Shown here one piece after another: positions 29,059-39,267 of a stretch of DNA of 64,000 nt. Within the stretch, counting starts at the first letter, position 1. Each line of letters opens with the position of its first letter. The notes under the pieces were generated by a model. The model was given only the letters and a program-made list of their open reading frames with translations. It had not been told where the DNA came from and made no database searches. The translations under genes were made by a program, and so were the position numbers. The stretch comes from Candidatus Undinarchaeota archaeon (lineage in GTDB: Archaea; SpSt-1190; JASMDC01): the NCBI GenBank assembly GCA_964519305.1, contig CAZFHY010000008.1, positions 83,195 to 147,194 of the forward strand, given 5' to 3'.

Positions 29059-29736
29059 TCAGGCGTTCTCCGGTCCGTCTTCCTCGAGAACGGGCGCCAG
29101 CTCACCCTCGAGATATCTTCTGACCACTTCCCTGAGGATGGCAGAGGACGATCCCGGATCATCGCGGTACTCGGAGAACCGGACGATCTTCGGGCTCAGG
29201 CCGTGCTCTTTGAGCGCCTTACGAAGCTCTTCCTCGTCCTTGGGCTGGTTGAATCCGAGGATGACGACATCGGGTTCGATGTCGAGGAGCGGGTGGAGCG
29301 GGTCATCTATATCACCGAGCACGGCCAGGTCCACGGGCTTCAGGGCCGATACGAGCGTTACCCGTTCCTGTTCATCGAGGATCGGGTCCCGTCCCTTGAT
29401 CTTGCGCACGTTAGCATCACGAGCGAGCACCACGGCGAGAACGTCCCCGTAATCCTTGGCACGTTCGAGCGTGAACACGTGACCCCCGTGAATGATGTCG
29501 AAGGTACCGGCCGTGAGGACGATCGTGAGCTCCTTCCTGCCGGTCTTTGTGAGATGTACCCGGCTTTCCGGATCACGCTCTGCAAGCCCATTGTCCACAA
29601 GGTCGTCAACGAGCGAATCGAGCGATGCCTTGGGGATACCGAGCACACGGGACAGCTCCTCACCGTCCGGTCGCCAGGCCGTCCGGTTCAGCACCCATAA
29701 GGCCTTGAGCAACGGACGGCGGAGGGAAGCTCGCAT
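29059..29736 (-). CDS. ribL: FAD synthase-like cytidylyltransferase with N-terminal HTH
   Basis: AGTFDIIHGGH, VLARD, LKPVD, SSS. The N-terminal ~70 aa are wHTH-like. Confidence 0.75.
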   Translation of the reverse strand: MRASLRRPLLKALWVLNRTAWRPDGEELSRVLGIPKASLDSLVDDLVDNGLAERDPESRVHLTKTGRKELTIVLTAGTFDIIHGGHVFTLERAKDYGDVLAVVLARDANVRKIKGRDPILDEQERVTLVSALKPVDLAVLGDIDDPLHPLLDIEPDVVILGFNQPKDEEELRKALKEHGLSPKIVRFSEYRDDPGSSSAILREVVRRYLEGELAPVLEEDGPENA

Positions 29737-29788
29737 TGGCGCACCGCCTTACCGAACGAATATAAGTCTATTGGCTGCACGCCGACCC

Positions 29789-31615
29789 ATGTCTGCGCCC
29801 GTGCTCGGAAAGACCTACCTGGGCTGGTGCGAGCAATGTAATGTGCCCGTCATTGGCAGGAAATGTGGACGATGTGGGGAACAACCCAGGACCATCGGCC
29901 TCACACCTCCGGCGGACACCAAGCCCGCGTTCCCTTGGGACATAGAGCACATCAACGCGTTCTTCCTTGAGCATTACGGCGCACCCCTCCTCCGGGATGA
30001 CCGGGTGGCCGTGATGAGCAGCACGGCCGGTTTCGACTGCGCCTATGAGATCCTGACAGACGGCGTGAAGCTCTGCATCATCGGGACCGATGACGCAGGA
30101 GTGGAGTTCTGCAAGCTCTATATCCCGGGTGCCCAGAGGTTGGCCGATGGTGGGGCCCGTGGAGGCGTGGCCATAGAGGAGGATGTCGTCAGGTTCCTCG
30201 AGCATGGCGATCTTCTCAGGCCGGGCGTGGACGGAGCGGATCCGGGGATCCGAAATGGACAGGAGGCGTTCGTCCATGTCAACGGACGCGTCGTGGCCAC
30301 CGGGACCGCCCGTATGAACGGCGATGAGATGTGCACCGGAGAGCGAGGTGTCGCAGTGAAGGTCCGCAGGTTCGGACGTTCCGACGGTGACGACTTGGGC
30401 CCGTCTACCTGGGATGACGCGGTCGAGGCGAACACGCGACGTCTGGACAATATCGAGCGACATGCAGTGGCCTTCATGCGCAAGGCCGTTCATCGTAACA
30501 AGGGACACCCCCTGGTGGCCATGAGCGGTGGTAAGGACTCGATGGTCACTCTTGTCCTCGCATCGAAGGCCCTCGAGGGATTCGATGTCCTCTTCGTCGA
30601 TACAGGACTTGAGTTCGATGAGACCGTGAAGTGCGTGCACGAGTCATGTGAGGCGCTCGACCTCGAGGACAGGCTCATCGTCGCCTCCGCAGGTGACGGT
30701 TTCTGGCGCAGTCTGCCGACATTCGGGCCTCCTGCAATGGACTACAGGTGGTGCTGCAAGGTCGCTAAGCTCGGTCCCGTTTCCCGGACAATCGGGGAGC
30801 GATGGGGGTCGACACTGACCTTCGGGGGCGAGCGGAAGTACGAGTCTTTCTCCCGGGCAAAACGTCCGCCGATCGACCGCAACCCGTGGGTCCCCAACCA
30901 GCTCTCAGCCTACCCGATCCTCGACTGGACCGGGCTGGACGTGTGGCTCTACCTCATGCGGGAAAAGGTACCCGTGAACCCCATGTACCACCGGGGTCAC
31001 GAGCGTGTCGGATGCTGGATGTGCCCTGCGTCCAACGCGTGGGGGTTCAAGCGACTGTCCGAGACGCACCCTGACCTCTCAAAGCGATGGGATGATATCG
31101 TCCGGGAGCATGCCAAACGCCATAATCTGGACGATGAATGGGTCCAAGGTGGCTGGCGCCGACACGGTCACGGTGAGAAGCAGGAGCTGAAGGGCGGCGC
31201 GCCAACGGCCACCTACCTCTCTGAGAGCGGCGGCGGCGACATCCCGATGTTCGATGTCAGGATCGAAGGATGGGAGGACAGCCATCTTCTTTCGATGCTG
31301 GGAGAAGTCCATCATGAGGACGATATCACCATCGAGATGCGTGAGGCCTCGCTGGTCATCGGACCCGAGGGTAGTGCTACTGTTATGGGTGAGGGGCTCA
31401 CACGCGAGGTAGCGCAAGAGCTCCTTGAGCGTGTGTGCAAGGTGCTCGTCCGTGACCGGGCGTGCACGGGATGCGGTATTTGTGTGGCCGCCTGTCCGCG
31501 TGATGCGCTCTCGTTCTTCGGTCGTCTCATGCTGGATGATAAGCGGTGCGCGAGGTGCGGGAAGTGTCTCGATCAGGCGTGTCCGCTTGACTTCCTTGGC
31601 AGGGAAGAGGCGTGA
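29789..31615 (+). CDS. PAPS reductase family protein with Zn-ribbon, PUA and 4Fe-4S domains
   Basis: WCEQCNVP...CGRCG, PUA-like segment, SGGKDS, RWCCKVAK, RVGCWMCP, CTGCGICVAACP. Confidence 0.9.
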   Translation: MSAPVLGKTYLGWCEQCNVPVIGRKCGRCGEQPRTIGLTPPADTKPAFPWDIEHINAFFLEHYGAPLLRDDRVAVMSSTAGFDCAYEILTDGVKLCIIGTDDAGVEFCKLYIPGAQRLADGGARGGVAIEEDVVRFLEHGDLLRPGVDGADPGIRNGQEAFVHVNGRVVATGTARMNGDEMCTGERGVAVKVRRFGRSDGDDLGPSTWDDAVEANTRRLDNIERHAVAFMRKAVHRNKGHPLVAMSGGKDSMVTLVLASKALEGFDVLFVDTGLEFDETVKCVHESCEALDLEDRLIVASAGDGFWRSLPTFGPPAMDYRWCCKVAKLGPVSRTIGERWGSTLTFGGERKYESFSRAKRPPIDRNPWVPNQLSAYPILDWTGLDVWLYLMREKVPVNPMYHRGHERVGCWMCPASNAWGFKRLSETHPDLSKRWDDIVREHAKRHNLDDEWVQGGWRRHGHGEKQELKGGAPTATYLSESGGGDIPMFDVRIEGWEDSHLLSMLGEVHHEDDITIEMREASLVIGPEGSATVMGEGLTREVAQELLERVCKVLVRDRACTGCGICVAACPRDALSFFGRLMLDDKRCARCGKCLDQACPLDFLGREEA

Positions 31616-31672
31616 ACGGATCGGCCACGGGCCTCGAATACCTATTTAAATGTTGACACCGGGGCGAATCCC

Positions 31673-32143
31673 ATGCCGATCCAGATCGTGTACACCGATG
31701 TCGCAGGCAAGCGGAACCATGATGTCTCTGCCGAGGAGATCTCCATCCAGACCAGGCCGGGCATCACTGCTATCGAACGCATCAAGTTAGCCGGGCGTGA
31801 CGCAGTCGCCGTAAGGTTCCAGCTCATCACCGATTATTCACCCTCCGTCGGAACACTCAACGTGCAGGGTATCATGATTATCTCGGGAGAGCGTGTCGAC
31901 AACATCCTGGAAGGTGAGGGCGATATGATCGGACTCCTCATGCCTGCCAAGGAACGTGTGTTCCAGGCCATGTTGCAGGATCCTCTAATCCTGTCCATCA
32001 ACCTCGCGCGGGACCTCAAGCTGCCGCCACCCATCTCGTCCCCCAAGATCCTGCTCGGTGACGACTCCCCCCGCATGCCGGAGAAGAAGAAGGCTCCGAA
32101 GAAGGCGAAGAAGTCCGCTGCCAAGAGCGGTAAAAAGAAGTAG
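31673..32143 (+). CDS. Conserved archaeal hypothetical protein with Lys-rich tail
   Basis: Beta-rich body ending INLARDLKLPPPI. ATACCTATTTAAA promoter at 31638. Confidence 0.7.
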   Translation: MPIQIVYTDVAGKRNHDVSAEEISIQTRPGITAIERIKLAGRDAVAVRFQLITDYSPSVGTLNVQGIMIISGERVDNILEGEGDMIGLLMPAKERVFQAMLQDPLILSINLARDLKLPPPISSPKILLGDDSPRMPEKKKAPKKAKKSAAKSGKKK

Positions 32144-32200
32144 GCGACGTCCCTTGGTGGCACGGGGCGAAAGGGGCAATCCCTACGAGTGGTGACCTCA

Positions 32201-34180
32201 ATGGAAGGAGTGCTCCACAGACGTATCCGGGATATCCTCGTCAACTACCATGATGGTGGTGAGGACGCGCTCGCCACGATCGGTGAGGACGCGGTAGGTC
32301 CCCTTATTGAAGCCCTCCGTGATGAAGATCAGACCATCCGACAGTTCGCAGCGCTCGCACTGGGTGATCTTGGGAGCGTCAAAGCGGTCGAACCCCTCAC
32401 CGACCTGCTCGGTGACAAGGACATGTACGCCAGGTACGGGGCCGCGCTGGCTCTGGGCAAGATCGGGAAGCACGCTGTCGAACCGCTCATCGGTGTTCTT
32501 GCGAACGGTGACGAGGACAAACGTCACGCAGCTATCTTGGCCCTTGGAAGGATCGGTGACAACAAGGCCGTGGAACCTCTGATCGAAGCGCTCGCTCACG
32601 ACGACGATGAGGTCCGTAAGCACGCTGCAGAGGCGCTCGGTCGTATGAAGGACAAACGGGCCATCACACCGCTCATTCGAACGCTGGATGACGACTACAT
32701 CTACGCGCGGTACGGTGCCGCCATGGCGCTGGGCGAGATCGGCGAGGATGCTGTCGACCATCTCTTGAAGGAGCTGGAATCGCCCAATGAACGGGTCGTT
32801 GTGGGGGCCATCATTTCGCTCATGCGCATCCGGGATTCCCGTGCGCTCGAACCGGTGACCGTCCTCGTGACGCATCCGTCCGCTGAGGTGCGCAAGCATG
32901 CAGTGGAGGCACTGGGCAGGTTCGGTGACTACTCATCCATCCCGATACTCAAGGAGGCTGTCGTTGACGATGAAGATGGCGACGTGCGTGCCAAGGCCGC
33001 TGAAGCACTGGGACGTATAGGCTCGAAGGACGCGATCGCCGCGCTCACCGATTGCGCTAAAGACCATCACATCTATGTGAGACGTGCAGCCGCCGAGGCC
33101 ATGGCAAGGATCGGTGAAAGGGCTGCTGTCCTGCCGCTCCTGACGCTCCTTCGGGACGAGTACGAGGAAGTGCGATGGTGTGCCGCGGAGGCGCTCGGTA
33201 GCATCGGTGACAGAGATGCCGGTTCCGCGCTCATGGACGCGCTCAAGGACGAGTCCAGTCATGTACGCTGGAGCTCTGCCGAGGCACTGGGCAATCTGTC
33301 GATCCGTGCAGCCACGCCCTACCTCCTCATGGCGCTGAAGGACAACAACAGTCACGTCCGCTGGTCAGCCGCAGAGGCACTGGGCCGTATCGGGAGCAGG
33401 TCCTCGGTCAACGGACTGATCGCCCTCCTCGACGACGAGCACATGTACGTGAGACGCTATGCAGTAGAGGCCCTGGGTGAGATCGGTGACGCCCGGGCCG
33501 TTCGCAAGGTCATCGTCGCTCTACGTGACAGGTACGAGGACGTGCGGCTCTGTGCAGTGGAGTCCCTTGGAAGGCTCAGCGATCCTCTGGCCGTCGAACC
33601 TCTAATCAGCATGGTCGACAACCATCACGAACAGGTACGCACGAGGGTCGTAGAAGCGCTCGGTCGTATCGGGGACGTGCGCGCCGTCGAACCGCTGCTC
33701 GACCTGATCAACGACGCTCATGACGATGTTCGATGGGCCGCGGCCGAAGCCCTTGGACGCATCGGTGATTCACGGGGAACGGTCCCGCTCATCCAGCTGC
33801 TCAAGGACGATTACGTGGACCTGCGCTGGTGCGCGGCAGAAGCGCTCGGTCATATCGGCGACGTTCGTGCAAGGGATGCGCTCCATGGTGCACTCGATGA
33901 CATGAACGGACGGGTGCGGCTCTCCGCGGCCGAGGCACTGGGTCGCATCGGTTCTCCGGCCTCGCTCAAGCCTCTTGTGAAGGTCACAAAGGACACGAAC
34001 CCGCATGTCCGCAAGCACGCCGCGGACTCTCTTGGAAGGATTGGCGAAAAAGGTGCTGTGAATGCGCTCCGCTCTCTCATGGATGACGATGATGCTTTCG
34101 TGAGGTCCGCTGCAGAGGGGGCCCTGGAGCGTCTCGGTGAGCCCATATCGAAGGTGAAGAAAGTAAAGAAGAAGGGCTGA
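32201..34180 (+). CDS. HEAT/PBS-lyase repeat protein (about 20 repeats of ~31 aa)
   Basis: Repeated VRxxAAEALGRIGDxRAVEPLIxxLxD. Confidence 0.95.
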   Translation: MEGVLHRRIRDILVNYHDGGEDALATIGEDAVGPLIEALRDEDQTIRQFAALALGDLGSVKAVEPLTDLLGDKDMYARYGAALALGKIGKHAVEPLIGVLANGDEDKRHAAILALGRIGDNKAVEPLIEALAHDDDEVRKHAAEALGRMKDKRAITPLIRTLDDDYIYARYGAAMALGEIGEDAVDHLLKELESPNERVVVGAIISLMRIRDSRALEPVTVLVTHPSAEVRKHAVEALGRFGDYSSIPILKEAVVDDEDGDVRAKAAEALGRIGSKDAIAALTDCAKDHHIYVRRAAAEAMARIGERAAVLPLLTLLRDEYEEVRWCAAEALGSIGDRDAGSALMDALKDESSHVRWSSAEALGNLSIRAATPYLLMALKDNNSHVRWSAAEALGRIGSRSSVNGLIALLDDEHMYVRRYAVEALGEIGDARAVRKVIVALRDRYEDVRLCAVESLGRLSDPLAVEPLISMVDNHHEQVRTRVVEALGRIGDVRAVEPLLDLINDAHDDVRWAAAEALGRIGDSRGTVPLIQLLKDDYVDLRWCAAEALGHIGDVRARDALHGALDDMNGRVRLSAAEALGRIGSPASLKPLVKVTKDTNPHVRKHAADSLGRIGEKGAVNALRSLMDDDDAFVRSAAEGALERLGEPISKVKKVKKKG

Positions 34181-34453
34181 GCACCCCTTTCTCGTTAGTA
34201 TATACGATAATTCCCGAGGCTTAATATCATCAGAAATACAATCGATTATTTGGGGGACACGACGCCACCCGAGTCCCCCTGGGGGCGGCGAGATAGATCC
34301 TTGCGTTGCCTTGGGTTGCCATTCCTTTATGGCTCCCGCCCCCGTATTCTAATCCCTTGTACTGATAAGAGCCCTTCTCCCTCGATTGCACCCTCGCCGG
34401 GTTCCCAAAACCTTATAAACCGCCTGAGGGGCTCGATACTGTCATAGGGTGAC

Positions 34454-36274
34454 ATGGTGGAGTTGGACGCCATCTCCAATGGCTACATTTGGAGCGTGAC
34501 TCCTAGAGAGGAGAACTACAAGCTCGTAGAGGGAGACCGCCCGCTCGATGTCACCAACGCTTCGAACGTCTTCGTACGGGGGAACTGGATCCTCGACTAT
34601 GAACTGCGTACCGAGGCAAGGATGGTCTCGTCCACCGTCGACAAGGACCGTGCAGAAGCGACCTACGAGCTCGGCGGGAAGGAATACACCCGCACCATCC
34701 ATTACGATGGCAACACCATCAATGACACCACCGATCTGCCCGATGCCGAATACTCGGTCATCCCTCGTGGCGAGACGGCATTCCAACACCGTCTCTGGGG
34801 CATGATGCCATCTGTACAATGCCCTCCCTATGAGAAGGTGGGGGACCGGTACGAGAAGACCGGCCTGGACGGTGTAGAGCGCTCATTCTCGTACGACACA
34901 TCAAGCTCCAACGGAAAGACCAGCCTTTCCATAGATGTGGACGACCGTTTCCCGGAAAAGGAGTTCATCGATCCGCAGCAGTGGGCCGCGTCCCGCCCCG
35001 CACCCAACAGCGGAAACGACCGGTACGACACCGCTTTCCAGGGTGCCGTCGATGCTATCGCGCAGCTTGTCACCTATGTTCCCGTGGAGGGCGACCGACA
35101 GGTCAGGGCGCTGGTCGCCGGATATCCGGTATTCCCGAGTGTGTTCGGACGCGATTCCGACATCACGAACTTCGGCCTCGTCTATGTCGATCCCGACCTC
35201 GTCCGGGACAACGTCGAGTTCCGTCTGACCTGCCTGGGCACCAAGATGGACCATCACAAGTCCGAGGAACCGGGGAAAGCGGTACACGAGTACAACATCG
35301 ACGAGCTCACCGAGTCAGGTTCATTCAAGCGCTTCCCCAACTACATCGGCACCGATGAGAGCCCGCTCATAGGCATCTCAGTGGCACGCTACACGCGGAT
35401 CGCTGACGACGATGCCCTCCTGGATTCCCGTGCGGCCGAGCTTGGCCGTCTCTTCACGTTCATCCGCGACCACGAGGACGCTGACGGTCTCCTATCTTTC
35501 AAGGGGGACGACCGCGATCCTGTCACCAACGAGCCTGTGTACTTCACCCGGTACCACACCTGGCGCGATGCTGACAACAGCGTTCTTCATCCGGAAGGTC
35601 AGCATCCTGACCAACCGCTCCGCGTGCTCTGGGACCAGCTATGTCTGTTCGGTATGTACGAGGAGTTCCACCGCCTCGCATCCAGCGACAAGAGCACCAA
35701 CGCCAAGCTATCGTCCATCATGGGTGTAAACGATGCCATGACCTTCCTCGCGTCCAAGCGTGATGCGCTGAAGCTAACTATCAACGAGAAGTACTGGATG
35801 GACGACCTCGACGCGTACGCCATCGCCCTTGACAAGGACGGGGACCAGGTGCGGACCGTGAACTCGGACGTATGCATGGGTCTGTACTACCGCGCTTTCG
35901 ATGATGACAAGGCCCATCGCCTTGTCACCAACGTGCTCTCCGATCCCGACCGGCTCGGTGACAAGTTCGGCATGCGCACCATCTCCAAGGAGCACGGGTC
36001 GTATGCCCCCGACGGGTACCACCTCGGTGGTGTCTGGCCTTTCCAGAGCCCCTTTGCCGCGGTCGGTGCACGTAACTACGGGGAGGACGCTTACGCCGAC
36101 AGCCTCGAGTCCGCCAACGTCGAGGTCATAGAGAAGATGGGTTCCATCCCCGAGGTACTGAGGGCCGATTGCGATGAACCGACCATCCGTGGTCACTCCT
36201 GCAATCCCCAGGCCTGGTCGGCAGCGGCCATCTTCCTGGCCCATTTCGAGGGTAAGGGCGCAAAGAAGGCTTAG
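34454..36274 (+). CDS. Amylo-alpha-1,6-glucosidase (glycogen debranching enzyme-like)
   Basis: AGYPVFPSVFGRD, EEPGKAVHE, TWRD, YHLGGVWP, CNPQAWSAA. Confidence 0.85.
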   Translation: MVELDAISNGYIWSVTPREENYKLVEGDRPLDVTNASNVFVRGNWILDYELRTEARMVSSTVDKDRAEATYELGGKEYTRTIHYDGNTINDTTDLPDAEYSVIPRGETAFQHRLWGMMPSVQCPPYEKVGDRYEKTGLDGVERSFSYDTSSSNGKTSLSIDVDDRFPEKEFIDPQQWAASRPAPNSGNDRYDTAFQGAVDAIAQLVTYVPVEGDRQVRALVAGYPVFPSVFGRDSDITNFGLVYVDPDLVRDNVEFRLTCLGTKMDHHKSEEPGKAVHEYNIDELTESGSFKRFPNYIGTDESPLIGISVARYTRIADDDALLDSRAAELGRLFTFIRDHEDADGLLSFKGDDRDPVTNEPVYFTRYHTWRDADNSVLHPEGQHPDQPLRVLWDQLCLFGMYEEFHRLASSDKSTNAKLSSIMGVNDAMTFLASKRDALKLTINEKYWMDDLDAYAIALDKDGDQVRTVNSDVCMGLYYRAFDDDKAHRLVTNVLSDPDRLGDKFGMRTISKEHGSYAPDGYHLGGVWPFQSPFAAVGARNYGEDAYADSLESANVEVIEKMGSIPEVLRADCDEPTIRGHSCNPQAWSAAAIFLAHFEGKGAKKA

Positions 36275-36378
36275 GGCTCAATGCGGCCCGGTGTCCCGTT
36301 CTCACTGATAGCACGTCCCACACCAAACGAAAAGTATATAAACGACAAGGGGGTGTCGTCACTTGCTGGTGACAACTT

Positions 36379-36954
36379 ATGTACGGAGATGCTCTTGAAC
36401 TGGGTGGGATTCGAGATGACCTCGAATCGTATACAGGCGTTCTGCAGAAATACGGGCAGGAAATTGCCTCAGGAAAGGCCAACTGGGAAAAGCTCAAGGA
36501 GAGCGGTGACTGGTTAGGCAATGCTGAGGAATACATCAAGGGTGCCCATGGCAGCGACGCCAAGTCAGTGTACAACGCGCTGAAGGCGACCGGTGACGCG
36601 ACCACGCTCATGTCCATGGGCATGAAGCAAAAGCACGGCGCCGAAGGCGTGAACGCACTGTGCTCAGAGCTCGCAGAGGAAACAAGAGGAAGATACCTCG
36701 GGTTCATGAAGATCGCCGAAGAGGCAGGTATGCCGAAGTTCGGAGATTACTTCGCCAAGATCGGTGACGGCCTGGGAGACCTCTACTCTGGATCGATAGC
36801 ATCCTACATGCAGGCAGAGGGAATGATGCACCTCACCGATGCTTCCGAAGGCATCGCAAAGAGCCTGAAGGACTTCGGCGGAAAGATCGAACAGCAGCTC
36901 GAACAGCTGACCACTACGATCGAGAAGCTGTCCGACAGGTACGGGGACATCTGA
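36379..36954 (+). CDS. Orphan 191-aa helical protein, paralog 1
   Basis: Own TATA and GGTGA RBS. About 74% identical (142/191 by hand, no gaps) to the next gene. Confidence 0.88.
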   Translation: MYGDALELGGIRDDLESYTGVLQKYGQEIASGKANWEKLKESGDWLGNAEEYIKGAHGSDAKSVYNALKATGDATTLMSMGMKQKHGAEGVNALCSELAEETRGRYLGFMKIAEEAGMPKFGDYFAKIGDGLGDLYSGSIASYMQAEGMMHLTDASEGIAKSLKDFGGKIEQQLEQLTTTIEKLSDRYGDI

Positions 36955-36962
36955 CCCCAAAA

Positions 36963-36998
36963 AGGATAGGCGCGGGGGCAAAAAGCCCCCGCGCATCC
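36963..36998 (+). terminator. GC-rich hairpin followed by pyrimidine run
   Basis: GCGCGGGGGC-AAAA-GCCCCCGCGC stem-loop, then TTCTTTTCTCCTTTT. Confidence 0.65.
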
Positions 36999-37084
36999 AT
37001 TCTTTTCTCCTTTTCCCAGCGGTAGCACCGAAACGAAACATTTAAATAGCTGGAGAAACATTTACTACTGTCTGGTGACAAAAC

Positions 37085-37660
37085 ATGTACGCTGATGCTC
37101 CTGATACCGGTGGGATACGAGAGGACCTGGGAGGCTATATGGGCATCCTGGGCAAGTATGGACAGGATATTTCTGGCGGAAAGGCCAACTGGGAGAAGCT
37201 CAAAGAGAGCGGCGACTGGATGGAAAACGCCGAGGCATATATCAAAGAAGCTCATGGAAAGGACGCAAAGACGGTATATAATGCTCTAAAGATGACCGGC
37301 GATGCGATGACCCTGATGTCCTTCGGTATGAAGCAGAAGTACGGTGAGGAAGGGGTCAACGAGATGCTGGGCGAACTGGCGGCAGAGACCCGTGAGAGAT
37401 ACACCGGCATGAAGAAGATCGCCGAGGACGCGGGGATGCCAAAGTTCGGAGGCTACTTCGACAGCATCGGTGACAGTCTGGCCGGTCTATACTCAAACTC
37501 GATGGCAGGGTACCTGCAGGCCGAGGGAATGATGCATCTCACAGAGGCATCCGAGGGAATAGCCAACGGCCTCAAGGACTTCGGCGGCAAGATCGAGAAG
37601 CAGCTCGAACAGCTGACGGCCACCATCGAGAAGCTGTCGGACCGGTACGGGGACATCTAG
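37085..37660 (+). CDS. Orphan 191-aa helical protein, paralog 2
   Basis: Tandem paralog with its own TATA (ATTTAAATA) and GGTGA RBS. Confidence 0.88.
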   Translation: MYADAPDTGGIREDLGGYMGILGKYGQDISGGKANWEKLKESGDWMENAEAYIKEAHGKDAKTVYNALKMTGDAMTLMSFGMKQKYGEEGVNEMLGELAAETRERYTGMKKIAEDAGMPKFGGYFDSIGDSLAGLYSNSMAGYLQAEGMMHLTEASEGIANGLKDFGGKIEKQLEQLTATIEKLSDRYGDI

Positions 37661-37813
37661 TCCCCGTACTTCTCCTCCCCATACCTGGACCGATAGTCAG
37701 CACTATCAAGAATCATCCTCATATATCGCACGGTCCCCGGGGCGGATACCTGGAAACAGGGGGACGCGAACTCCAACGACACACATTTAAGGCTTGTTCA
37801 GCGACCGGCAGGC

Positions 37814-39235
37814 ATGACGCTAGTCGTGTACAACACTCTGGGCAGGGAAAAGCAGGAGTTCAAGCCGGCCGAAGGGAACAACGTACGGATGTACGTGTGC
37901 GGACCCACGGTGTACGACTATTGTCACATAGGTCATGCCCGGTCCTACGTCGCATTCGACGTCATACGGCGATGGCTGGAGCGTAAGGGGTTCAACGTCA
38001 TCTACGTTCAGAACTTCACGGACATCGACGACAAGATAATCAACAGAGCGAACGAGAAGGGCGAGGATCCCGTCAAGCTCGCCAAGAAGTTCATCGATGC
38101 GTATGTCGAGGACATGTCAGCGCTAGGTGTAAGGGACGCGGACGTGCATCCCCGGGTATCCGCACATATCCAGGACATCATCGAAACGGTGAAAGGGCTG
38201 ATCGATAAAGGGTTCGCGTACGAGGCAGGGGGAGACGTGTACTTCTCGGTCGAGTCTTTCTCCAACTATGGGAAGCTCTCGAACATATCCTTGGACGATA
38301 TGCGCAACGAGCAATCCGCTCTCAAGCAGCACTCGCGAGACTTCGCTCTATGGAAGGCTTCGAAGCCCGGCGAGCCCAAGTGGGAGAGCCCGTGGAGCGA
38401 GGGACGTCCCGGATGGCATATCGAGTGCTCGGTCATGTCATCGAAATACCTCGGTCCTTCTTTCGACATTCACGGAGGGGGCGCGGACCTCGTGTTCCCA
38501 CATCACGAGAACGAGATCGCGCAGGCAGAGGCGGCGTCAGGGAAGACACCTTTCGCCCGATACTGGCTGCATAACGGTTTCATCACCATCGACAAGGAGA
38601 AGATGTCAAAATCGCTCGATAACTTCTTCACAATCCGCGAGGTACTCGAGAAGTTCGAGCCGGAAGCCGTCAGGTTCTTCTTAGTGCTCACGCAATACCG
38701 GAGCCCCATCGACTTCTCGGACAAGGGGATCGAAGAGGCATCACGCGGCTTAGAGCGGTTGCGGAACACGGTCCGGAAGCTCCAGGCATTGATCCGGGAC
38801 GCCACAGACACGGGAGCTCTCTCGACGGCGGAAGAGGGGATGCTCAAGGCGGCCGTGAAGGCTGAAGAGGATTTCGCCTACGCGATGGACAGCGACTTCA
38901 ACACGGCAGGCGCCGTGGCCGCGCTCTTCGAGCTGGCGTCCGCGACCAACGCTTTCCTCCAGAAGAACGATGAGCCCAACCGGCTAGTCCTGAAGAGGCT
39001 CATGGGGACCTTCCTGGACCTCGGGGACGTCCTTAACATCTTCTGGGAGTTCAGGGAAGGCTCGAGCGGCGACGATGAAGTGACGGACGGTCTGGTCAAG
39101 CTCCTCATCGAGCAGCGGAAGAACGCACGTACGAACAAGGACTGGGCCGCAGCGGATGCCATCCGCGACAAGCTCGCAGAGATGGGGATCGCGCTGGAGG
39201 ACAACGCGGGCGGGACCGTGTGGAAGCAAGTTTAA
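37814..39235 (+). CDS. cysS: Cysteine--tRNA ligase
   Basis: YVCGPTVYD, HIGH, GRPGWHIECS, HGGGADL, KMSKS, ADAIRDKL. Confidence 0.98.
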   Translation: MTLVVYNTLGREKQEFKPAEGNNVRMYVCGPTVYDYCHIGHARSYVAFDVIRRWLERKGFNVIYVQNFTDIDDKIINRANEKGEDPVKLAKKFIDAYVEDMSALGVRDADVHPRVSAHIQDIIETVKGLIDKGFAYEAGGDVYFSVESFSNYGKLSNISLDDMRNEQSALKQHSRDFALWKASKPGEPKWESPWSEGRPGWHIECSVMSSKYLGPSFDIHGGGADLVFPHHENEIAQAEAASGKTPFARYWLHNGFITIDKEKMSKSLDNFFTIREVLEKFEPEAVRFFLVLTQYRSPIDFSDKGIEEASRGLERLRNTVRKLQALIRDATDTGALSTAEEGMLKAAVKAEEDFAYAMDSDFNTAGAVAALFELASATNAFLQKNDEPNRLVLKRLMGTFLDLGDVLNIFWEFREGSSGDDEVTDGLVKLLIEQRKNARTNKDWAAADAIRDKLAEMGIALEDNAGGTVWKQV

Positions 39236-39267
39236 CGTCGGATGATGGTACTCCATGTTAAATTTGA

